IMG/VR virus record: IMGVR_UViG_3300020379_000824
Location: 1 to 64,000 of that record
Reading direction: 5' to 3' (one strand)
Length of the DNA stretch: 64,000 bases
DNA from: an uncultured virus (IMG/VR IMGVR_UViG_3300020379_000824)
Lineage: Duplodnaviria > Heunggongvirae > Uroviricota > Caudoviricetes
The notes under the pieces are model-generated. The model saw nothing but the letters and a program-made list of their open reading frames with translations. It made no database searches and was not told the origin of the DNA. The translations under genes were made by a program, and so were the position numbers. Of the stretch, positions 9,808-17,333 are shown in pieces (within the stretch, counting starts at the first letter, position 1; each line of letters opens with the position of its first letter).

Positions 9808-10910
9808 GGTAATCTCTTTACATTCTTAATTGCTACACCATTCATAAGCTCTTCTTTTGTGTATTGAGAGTATGAAAGCATACATAACCAAGAACCTAAG
9901 TTACCTCGATATAAATCATTAATATCTGAAAGTTTGTTTCTTGTAACTGGATTAGTAATGTGTCTATCTAGTGTAATTGCAGGTACGCCAGCCCATATTG
10001 CTTCAGTTGCTGCGTTACTATTGATGTTCACTACACAGTAATAATCGTCATTTAAGAGCTCTTTATGTAAATTACTTCTCTTCTTTTTAGGTGCTTTCTT
10101 TCTAAATCTAATACGTTTGTCTGTATACTTGCGTAACTCTTTTGCTACATCATACTTCCATGTCTTTAGATCTACGTGCATAATACTTGCTGCAAAAGGA
10201 CCAGGTTCGATTACGTAAATAATTTCTCCGTCCTTTCTCCAAGGATTAGGAAACGTCTTAAAATTACCTAATCTATCTGCTGGCGCATCAAATGACTTAC
10301 CGTAGTGCAAATGACTACGTACAACTCTATGCCATACTTTGCTTGTTTCTAAAAAGTTAGTGTACCCACTATCAATAAACCAAAAAGGATAATTGTTATC
10401 AATTTTTCCAACAAGTAAATCTTCGTTACCTACAGTGTTTCTAATTAAACAATCTTCTTCTAAACTGTTAAAATCTCTTCTACGAACGTAAGTATTATCT
10501 TTACCATCGCCTACCCATTGCCCTGTACCTTTTACAAAGTTTTTATAACGAGCCTTTTTATACGATTCAAATATATTTTCAATACCAAACGCATCAATAA
10601 AATATTCTATGTTATTATGAATAGCATCAAAGTAAGCATTACGTATGTGACCTTTGTTGGTATTAACTACGTCTACCCACTCATCTAAATCTCTACGCAC
10701 AGCCTTAAACAATTTATCTTTGAACTTTTTCTTTTCTTCTTTATCAAGTTCACGTCTAGGATCTTTCCATTTAGCTCTTTTACTAATATGGTCTTGAATG
10801 TATGTTGCTGTATACCTGTCTTGAATATTAAACTTGTAAAGTTCTTGTGGAACAGGCACTAGCGATAACAAATAGTTTGCAATCTCTTTGTCATTCATTA
10901 ATAGTTTCAT
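9804..10910 (-). CDS. KpsS/KpsC-like putative glycosyltransferase, paralog 3
   Basis: FIDSGY, WHRVV, NINSNAATEAIWAGVP. Confidence 0.5.
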   Translation of the reverse strand: MKLLMNDKEIANYLLSLVPVPQELYKFNIQDRYTATYIQDHISKRAKWKDPRRELDKEEKKKFKDKLFKAVRRDLDEWVDVVNTNKGHIRNAYFDAIHNNIEYFIDAFGIENIFESYKKARYKNFVKGTGQWVGDGKDNTYVRRRDFNSLEEDCLIRNTVGNEDLLVGKIDNNYPFWFIDSGYTNFLETSKVWHRVVRSHLHYGKSFDAPADRLGNFKTFPNPWRKDGEIIYVIEPGPFAASIMHVDLKTWKYDVAKELRKYTDKRIRFRKKAPKKKRSNLHKELLNDDYYCVVNINSNAATEAIWAGVPAITLDRHITNPVTRNKLSDINDLYRGNLGSWLCMLSYSQYTKEELMNGVAIKNVKRLP

Positions 10911-11689
10911 TAAGAGTATTTCTCCACTAGTTTATATGCACGGCCCTGTTCTACTTCATCAAATGTAAATTGTCCATAGGCTAAACTATGACAGTGCTGT
11001 AATATTTTATCTGCTTCAGGTTTGTAAGGATTACTAAGCTGACTCAGATCGGTTGAGGCTAACGGTGATGCTGCACAAGGAACACTTACAAATGCTGGTA
11101 CACCGTATAGTACTGATTCTAGTGCTGCCATGCTATTCATTGCGACAGTAGCATACACACCAGTTTCAAATGCGTCATATATTGAATATTCAAAGTTACG
11201 TTCTGTACGTGAACCTTTTACTCTTACTTCAATAGGTAAGTCGCAGTATTTTTTAATAGTCTTTGTAGTTTGTTTGACCCATTTATCGTAATCAATGTCA
11301 TACCAAACACATGCTTTAGGATTAGGCATTACTAAAAGAATTTTCTTATCGTAATTTTTCCATCCTTTCCACACTAGTCTTGGATCATCTTCAACTAACA
11401 TGTTCCATCTATCGTTTGGTATGTTGGGTCTAAAAGTAGAAAGTTGGTTTTCGTTTTTAACAATACGATGCCATTTCTTTCCACCTTTTTTATTACCTGG
11501 ACTAGGAAAGTTTCCAAAGTATCCAGTATCAATATACCAATAATCTCTGTTCTCTTTTACACAGTTATCAGCATGTTGTTTTTTGATTACCCCTCTGATG
11601 ACCATTGGCTTTTCAGTTTCAGACGATTCAACAGTTAGTTTGTTGCCTGATCCTTCTACCAATATTTCTTCAGGAGATATTTTGTCCAT
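10910..11689 (-). CDS. KpsS/KpsC-like putative glycosyltransferase, paralog 4
   Basis: YIDTGYFGN, WHRIVKN, AMNSMAALESVLYGVP. Confidence 0.5.
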   Translation of the reverse strand: MDKISPEEILVEGSGNKLTVESSETEKPMVIRGVIKKQHADNCVKENRDYWYIDTGYFGNFPSPGNKKGGKKWHRIVKNENQLSTFRPNIPNDRWNMLVEDDPRLVWKGWKNYDKKILLVMPNPKACVWYDIDYDKWVKQTTKTIKKYCDLPIEVRVKGSRTERNFEYSIYDAFETGVYATVAMNSMAALESVLYGVPAFVSVPCAASPLASTDLSQLSNPYKPEADKILQHCHSLAYGQFTFDEVEQGRAYKLVEKYS

Positions 11690-12387
11690 TAAAGATTAAC
11701 CTTAAATTTCATCATCTCAAATAATTCTCTTTTCCATTGTTTATGGTAAGTGCATCTACGATAATTGTCAAACCAAGGTCCGCCTTCTGTATAATGAATT
11801 GCTTTTGGTTTACTATCTTCTGTTTCTTCATACCAGTCAACTAACCAATTCCATTCTTTACCTAGCTCACCAATTTCACTGTCATCTAACCAACTAAATC
11901 TATGTAAGTATGCACCTGTAATAGCAGGGTCATTTACAAGATCCATAGTAATCTTTTTGTTACTAGGATGTCCACAGTTGTATAAAATTACACTTGACCA
12001 ATTTTTACGTGGGTATATAGTTTGTTTTTGTCCGTCCATTTTTACACCTTCCTTAGGTGTATAATCATGTTGCACACACATAACTGCATACTTGTCATCT
12101 GCTTGATCAAATAGTTCTTTTATGTCTGTTAAAAAGATAATGTCGCTATCACAAAACAATGCCCAGCCATCAAAGTTTGTAAGCTCTGGTACTAAAAAGC
12201 GTGTAAATGTAAATTCTGTTGACGCTAATTTATCTACAGGTCGATGATACCAACCTTGTTCTCTTAATTCATTTTGTTTTAACGGTGTTACTGATACGTT
12301 TTCATTTCTTGTTAAGATACTGTGTCTGCAAACTTGATATGCAATATCTTCTCTAGTATCGTATCCTACGAATACTTTTAAGTCCAT
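11689..12387 (-). CDS. GT8-like glycosyltransferase
   Basis: VFVGYD, STEFTFTRF, FCDSD (DxD), YPRKNWSS, EWNWL, HYTEGGPW. Confidence 0.8.
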   Translation of the reverse strand: MDLKVFVGYDTREDIAYQVCRHSILTRNENVSVTPLKQNELREQGWYHRPVDKLASTEFTFTRFLVPELTNFDGWALFCDSDIIFLTDIKELFDQADDKYAVMCVQHDYTPKEGVKMDGQKQTIYPRKNWSSVILYNCGHPSNKKITMDLVNDPAITGAYLHRFSWLDDSEIGELGKEWNWLVDWYEETEDSKPKAIHYTEGGPWFDNYRRCTYHKQWKRELFEMMKFKVNL

Positions 12388-13211
12388 TGTTCCTCCAAAT
12401 ACGCTCTTGCTTTTCCTGTGCGTAGTTCACTGTCGTGAAATTGACCTGCTGCTAAATGACAGCCCCAAGCAAATAATTTATCACTGCTTGGATAATACGG
12501 TTTTTCTATTAATGATAAGTCTTGTAGTCCGACTGGGTTTGCTGCACTAACAGGCGCTAACGTAAATACCGGAATACCCTGAAATACACTCTCAACTGCT
12601 GCATTACTATTAAATGTAACAAGAGCGTACACATCGTCGTCTAAGGCTTCTTCTAGCGTGTTGTGTAGCATTCTATCTACTCTTTGTTTATTACGTTGTC
12701 TAATTTCGATAGGTCTGTCAGTGTGTTGTTTTAGTGTATTAACAGTTTCTGCTAACCACTCTTCTAAATCAAGATCATAAAACTTCATAGGCTTTTCGTC
12801 TGGTGCTGCAATAAGAATCTTTCTACCTTTCTTATTCCATGGCCTAAACTTTTTGCCGAAGCCTTCAAATCTCTGAGATGGTCTGTCAATTAGTTTATTA
12901 TGTTGTAGATTGTTCTTTACAATACGATGCCAAAATTTCCAACCATTAGGATTACTAGGACTTACTTCATTACCAAAGTATCCTGTATCCATATAATAAA
13001 AATCTCTGCCATCTTCCCAACATCTATGCATCCACTTCTTTTTTAGAATACCTCGTAATACAATTGGATCTTCAGAAGCATCATAATCAAACGTGTTTGA
13101 ATCTTGAACAGGTTGATTACATCCTCTAGCAAAGCGATTTATATAAGGGTCTTTTTTACCCTTGCTTACAAAAATCCAATTAGTCACGTCTTTCAATATC
13201 CTCTTCAACAC
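12378..13211 (-). CDS. KpsS/KpsC-like putative glycosyltransferase, paralog 5
   Basis: YMDTGYFGN, WHRIVKN, TFNSNAAVESVFQGIPVF; true start may be GTG at 13187. Confidence 0.5.
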   Translation of the reverse strand: MLKRILKDVTNWIFVSKGKKDPYINRFARGCNQPVQDSNTFDYDASEDPIVLRGILKKKWMHRCWEDGRDFYYMDTGYFGNEVSPSNPNGWKFWHRIVKNNLQHNKLIDRPSQRFEGFGKKFRPWNKKGRKILIAAPDEKPMKFYDLDLEEWLAETVNTLKQHTDRPIEIRQRNKQRVDRMLHNTLEEALDDDVYALVTFNSNAAVESVFQGIPVFTLAPVSAANPVGLQDLSLIEKPYYPSSDKLFAWGCHLAAGQFHDSELRTGKARAYLEEQWT

Positions 13212-13962
13212 AGGCTTCCCCGTATTGAACTTCTAGTATGTGTGTTAAATCATCTGTGGGGTTACTTGCTTTATGCCAAGTACCTACTGAAATATCATAT
13301 CCTTTTGTTAAGGGTAAAAGCTCTACAGTATCACTAATGTTGTTCCACTCTGTTTGCATTTTAACTTTGCCTTTTAGTACATACCAATGTTCTGATCTTT
13401 GAAAGTGTCTTTGATCAGAAAGACATGCACCTGGCTCAATTACTAATTCTTTAATTTTAAAATTGTTTTCAGGTTGATGATCTAATACTCTATACCAACC
13501 CCATTTGCGTTTTGTTTTAGGTGTTTTCCATTCTCCTAAAATCCAACTTGAACTGTTCTTTTTGTCTGTTCCGCCAACACCAAATTTAAATTCTACTCTT
13601 TTGTTGTCAGCAAATTTTGTTACTTCTGGTGAATTGCCTTCACCTCTATCACCGCCATTAGCAAACACTATCATGTCATGCATTGTTTCAGATGTTTTAA
13701 GTGCTACTTCTATTGCACCACATGCAGATCCTTCCTTATCATCATCAAATGTAATAACATTGTCTACTACAGCAAGTTCTTTAATAATAGCAATTCTTTC
13801 TTGTACAGGCATAAACGGCATGCCTTTTTTGTTTGTTAACCATTCGTCACTGTTAACACCAACCCATAACTCGTTACCAAGTTCTTTGGCTGCTTTGAAA
13901 TAGGCTATATGCCCACTGTGTAAGGGATCAAACCCGCCTGTTACTAGTACGATTCTTTTCAT
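13180..13962 (-). CDS. cytidylyltransferase (HIGH family) fused to a mannose-6-P isomerase-like cupin
   Basis: GGFDPLHSGH, FANGGDR, NSSSWIL; C-terminal WGWY...LSDQRH..RSEHW...EVQYG...EEDIER. Confidence 0.85.
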   Translation of the reverse strand: MKRIVLVTGGFDPLHSGHIAYFKAAKELGNELWVGVNSDEWLTNKKGMPFMPVQERIAIIKELAVVDNVITFDDDKEGSACGAIEVALKTSETMHDMIVFANGGDRGEGNSPEVTKFADNKRVEFKFGVGGTDKKNSSSWILGEWKTPKTKRKWGWYRVLDHQPENNFKIKELVIEPGACLSDQRHFQRSEHWYVLKGKVKMQTEWNNISDTVELLPLTKGYDISVGTWHKASNPTDDLTHILEVQYGEACVEEDIERRD

Positions 13963-13967
13963 ACTAG

Positions 13968-13975
13968 TATTTATA
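13968..13975 (-). promoter_or_regulatory. T4-type late promoter heading the glycosylation operon
   Basis: TATAAATA-CTAGT-ATG on the minus strand. Confidence 0.75.
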
Positions 13976-13997
13976 TGCGCAGTTTATGTAAAGAAAA

Positions 13998-14453
13998 TTA
14001 AATGGTTGCGTCGTCCAAACCAGCTGTTCTTAGTTTGACGATATTAGATACTTGCCATTGTTTAATGTCTAGTCCTTTGATAATGCCTAGCCATTTATTA
14101 CGTAATAATGCAAACTCGTTAATAATTTTTTCAAAGTCTACAACATCAGCTTCGCCATCTACAAATTTTTCAGCATCTCTAGAACTTAATTGACGTTGAT
14201 AATTTTCAACATATTTTCTAAAGTGTGTACTACGTAAACGGCGAAGCTCAATGTTTAAATATTCGAGTATTGCTTCGATCTCTTGTAACTGACCAAATCT
14301 AGTTTCTACAATTGCAGGCATTTGTGCTGATGCTTTTTCAAGACGTCCAACAACATTTGTTTCTTTTTTAGCCTGTAATAATTCTGCTTCGTAGTACTGC
14401 ACAGCGGCAGGTATCTTCGAAATATCTTTAGAAACTTGATCGTACCAGTTCAT
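13998..14453 (-). CDS. uvsY: UvsY-like recombination mediator
   Basis: Helical ~150-aa protein with YVENY...AEKFVDGE..V and KQWQVSNIVKL; lies next to uvsX. Confidence 0.7.
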   Translation of the reverse strand: MNWYDQVSKDISKIPAAVQYYEAELLQAKKETNVVGRLEKASAQMPAIVETRFGQLQEIEAILEYLNIELRRLRSTHFRKYVENYQRQLSSRDAEKFVDGEADVVDFEKIINEFALLRNKWLGIIKGLDIKQWQVSNIVKLRTAGLDDATI

Positions 14454-14708
14454 TTAATCCTCATCGTCCCAAATTGCATCTTCGACGTCTTCATCGTAAT
14501 TAGTGTCGCCGTCATCTTCGTCTTCAGTTACATACTCAATTGCAGTATCCAAGTATGTGTCAATACCAAAGAGTTCGTTGATTGCAATTTCAGATACTCC
14601 GTGGTCCACTAAAGCAGTAACAAAGTTTTTTGCTACTTCTTGTTTTTCCTTCTCAGGAACATGTTCTGACACTACGTTCCAAATGTCAGCAATAAGATCA
14701 GATTGCAT
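14454..14708 (-). CDS. small acidic hypothetical protein
   Basis: 84-aa ORF with GGAG RBS between uvsX and uvsY. Confidence 0.7.
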   Translation of the reverse strand: MQSDLIADIWNVVSEHVPEKEKQEVAKNFVTALVDHGVSEIAINELFGIDTYLDTAIEYVTEDEDDGDTNYDEDVEDAIWDDED

Positions 14709-14722
14709 AGATTTCTACTCCA

Positions 14723-15796
14723 TTATTCAGTTGGTTGTTCTTCGAAGACTTCCTCGTCGACCTCGACAGGTGTCTCTGTTACAGGTGTATTTATGATATC
14801 GTCCATAATTATCTGTAATTTATCTCCAGTCCATGCTTTTCGATATTCTAGCATAACTTCGCCAGTTGCTGGACTTGTATACTCAAGTCTATTACCTGAC
14901 TTTTTAAGATATCCTTTTGCTTCGAACAATTCAATCAACCCACTGTGTGGATCCATGCCTGTTTCGTATGGTATTTCAACTTGTACACTTTCAAATGGTT
15001 TGTTGTAACGTGTTTTCATTACCTTACACGCTGCTCTAATACCATGTACTTGTGAAGTTTTGTTACCGTCTGCGTCTACTTTAAGTTTAAGTTTCTTAAT
15101 AGCTACAACAATACTAGAAGCATATACAAACCCTTGTCCACCGCTAATCTTATCATCTGGATCAAACATATCCTGTGATGCATACGTGTGGTTAGTACAT
15201 ACCATACCTACATTGTAACTACCAATCATGTTAACTGTGTTACGAACAAGTGCAGTCAATGCCTTAGGCTTACGACCCATGTCACCTTTCATATCACCTT
15301 TTTGGAATTGGTCAACGTCAGTAGGTGTTAATAACATACCTAACGAATCAATTACAAATAATACTTTAGGACGTTCTTCTTCAGTCATATCACGATATTC
15401 TTTCATGAACTCTGATACTGTTTTAGCAACGTCATCAATCATTGACATGTTAAGTTTAAGTAGTTTATCTTCTGAAGTATCTACGTCAAGTGCTTGTAGC
15501 CACGCTTCGTCAAGTGCGTTCTCTGAGTCAATAAGAACTACAAAGATGCCTTGTTCTTGTGCAGCCTTTACAATGTTTGCTGAACAGAAGTAACTCTTAC
15601 CACTACCTGATTCACCTGCAAACACTGTTACCTTACCAAGTGGAACACCTTTATTAAAGTCACCACTTACAAGATAGTTTAGTGCATAGTTTCCTGTGCT
15701 GACCCAATCAGTTGGATCATTAAAGCCAATACCAAGTCCGTCAATGCTCTTAGTGATTGTCTTTCTGAATTTACTTATATCAAATGCTTTCGCCAT
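14723..15796 (-). CDS. uvsX: UvsX/RecA-like recombinase
   Basis: STGNYALN, GESGSGKS Walker A, IDSENA, VIDSLG, SGGQGFVY. Confidence 0.93.
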   Translation of the reverse strand: MAKAFDISKFRKTITKSIDGLGIGFNDPTDWVSTGNYALNYLVSGDFNKGVPLGKVTVFAGESGSGKSYFCSANIVKAAQEQGIFVVLIDSENALDEAWLQALDVDTSEDKLLKLNMSMIDDVAKTVSEFMKEYRDMTEEERPKVLFVIDSLGMLLTPTDVDQFQKGDMKGDMGRKPKALTALVRNTVNMIGSYNVGMVCTNHTYASQDMFDPDDKISGGQGFVYASSIVVAIKKLKLKVDADGNKTSQVHGIRAACKVMKTRYNKPFESVQVEIPYETGMDPHSGLIELFEAKGYLKKSGNRLEYTSPATGEVMLEYRKAWTGDKLQIIMDDIINTPVTETPVEVDEEVFEEQPTE

Positions 15797-15820
15797 AATT
15801 ACCTTTCCTATGTGTTAAAG

Positions 15821-15883
15821 TGTGGTGTGGAAGATCTCGCTGGTTACCGAACGGAGATTTTAGCCGGAACTTCCACATACACA
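15821..15883. other. structured intergenic element (nested inverted repeats) between gp32 and uvsX
   Basis: TGTGGAAG(15826-33)/CTTCCACA(15870-77) enclosing ATCTC/GAGAT. Confidence 0.5.
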
Positions 15884-15884
15884 A

Positions 15885-16892
15885 TTAGTTACTAGCGTTT
15901 CTACTTCTAATCATTGCAAGAATGTCTTGCGCTCTGTTAGAACCATCGCCTTCACCTGCTGGTGCCGCTTCTGCTACTGGCTCAGCCGCTGGTGCTGCCG
16001 GAGCCGCTTCAGGTGCTGGAGTTGCAGGAGTTGCTGCCGGTGTTGCCGGAGCCGCTGGTGTTGTTGGAGTATATGCCTTGTTAGGATCTCCAGTACGTGA
16101 CGCCATACCTGCTGGCTTAAAGTACTGACCCCAACGGTCCATATCATATGCCTCACCGTCTACTGACGCTTCGAACATCTCTTTCATAACCTTTAACTCA
16201 ACCTCACCAGGTTTCTTTGGAAGGAAATCTGACATGTTGTAAAGACCATGCGTTTCGATTGCTGCCTTTTCAGCGTCATCTAATGCACGTTCTTTACGTG
16301 ACCAAGATGATGTAGAATAGTCTGCATAGCCACCTTTAGAAGTTTTCTTAACTCTAAAGTCAACGCCACGCATATAATCTGTTGGCAGTTCTTCTAGTTC
16401 AGGATCCATTAATGCACCTTTAATGATCTGGAAGATCTGTGGTCCAATAATAAATCTACGGATTGGGTTTTCCGGAGAACTTTCTTCGTTTAGCGGGTCT
16501 TCAGTAACAAACCCTTGGAATACATACGAACGTTTTTTCCAATACTTACGTCCCATATCTTCTAAAGATTTATCTTTAAACCATGGTCGAACTTCTGATA
16601 AGATCGGACATGGTGTTCCATCATTATACATTTCCATACATGGAACTTGTACAATAACCTGACGTGAGTCAGTGTCGCCTTTTACTCCAGCAAACGGAAG
16701 TTTAATCATTGCACGTTCTGCCCAAAAGAACGTATTAGATTGATCTGCGTCAGGTAAGAAACGAATTACTGCTTCTTTGCCTTCTTGCATATTCCAATGT
16801 GGGTAAATTGCGTTGTCTCCACCGGAAGAATTTCCAGTGTTACGATTGTTGGACTCTTGTAGTTTAGCCCTTATTTCTGCGAGTGATGCCAT
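15885..16892 (-). CDS. gp32: gp32-like single-stranded DNA-binding protein
   Basis: AVIRFLPD, C..M....CPI, YWKK, GYADYSTSSW; Pro/Ala-rich linker near the C-terminus; next to uvsX. Confidence 0.85.
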   Translation of the reverse strand: MASLAEIRAKLQESNNRNTGNSSGGDNAIYPHWNMQEGKEAVIRFLPDADQSNTFFWAERAMIKLPFAGVKGDTDSRQVIVQVPCMEMYNDGTPCPILSEVRPWFKDKSLEDMGRKYWKKRSYVFQGFVTEDPLNEESSPENPIRRFIIGPQIFQIIKGALMDPELEELPTDYMRGVDFRVKKTSKGGYADYSTSSWSRKERALDDAEKAAIETHGLYNMSDFLPKKPGEVELKVMKEMFEASVDGEAYDMDRWGQYFKPAGMASRTGDPNKAYTPTTPAAPATPAATPATPAPEAAPAAPAAEPVAEAAPAGEGDGSNRAQDILAMIRSRNASN

Positions 16893-16949
16893 TTGTGCCT
16901 CCTATAGCCTTGTTATATGTTTTCACTTTCATGCCTAAGCATATGTTAT

Positions 16950-16978
16950 ATTATATGCAACTTTATTTATCTTGTCAA
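16950..16978 (-). promoter_or_regulatory. consensus sigma70 promoter for gp32 with a late-type ATAAATA box in the spacer
   Basis: TTGACA(16978-73)-AGATAAATAAAGTTGCA-TATAAT(16955-50). Confidence 0.85.
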
Positions 16979-17012
16979 CTGTTATTTTAACTAAATGTGG
17001 TTTTATTCAGCC

Positions 17013-17039
17013 AAAAAGAAAGGAGACCGTAGCCTCCTT
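17013..17039 (-). terminator. rho-independent terminator
   Basis: AAGGAGGC-TACG-GTCTCCTT followed by TCTTTTT. Confidence 0.8.
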
Positions 17040-17062
17040 ACTTAGATTATAACTTTTTGTTG

Positions 17063-17299
17063 TTATAGTGCCTTGTGCAATTGAGCAACTAGCTTTGCTT
17101 TAGTCAGCCTTCTATCTAATTCAATGCCGTTGTCTCTACCTATTTCTTCTAACTTAGCTTTTGTCATTTTTGATAACTCAGCTTTAGTTAGTTTCTTAGC
17201 TTTCGCTGGGGCCTTTTCTTTCACTTCGTTCTTTAGTACCAAAGGTTCTGCTTTGGGAGCTTCTGATGAAGTGAATAGCTTTTTAATCCAGTTAAACAT
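17063..17299 (-). CDS. small basic protein with a Rho-N/HeH-like helical motif
   Basis: LSKMTKAKLEEIGRDNGIELDRRLTKAKLV; GGAG RBS. Confidence 0.65.
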   Translation of the reverse strand: MFNWIKKLFTSSEAPKAEPLVLKNEVKEKAPAKAKKLTKAELSKMTKAKLEEIGRDNGIELDRRLTKAKLVAQLHKAL

Positions 17300-17333
17300 A
17301 TTAGTCTCCGTTAATGAGTATTATTTAAGTCTT

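Noticed and set aside
15950..16075. GC-richer repetitive stretch at the gp32 3' end as a repeat element
   Set aside because: It simply encodes a Pro/Ala-rich low-complexity linker.
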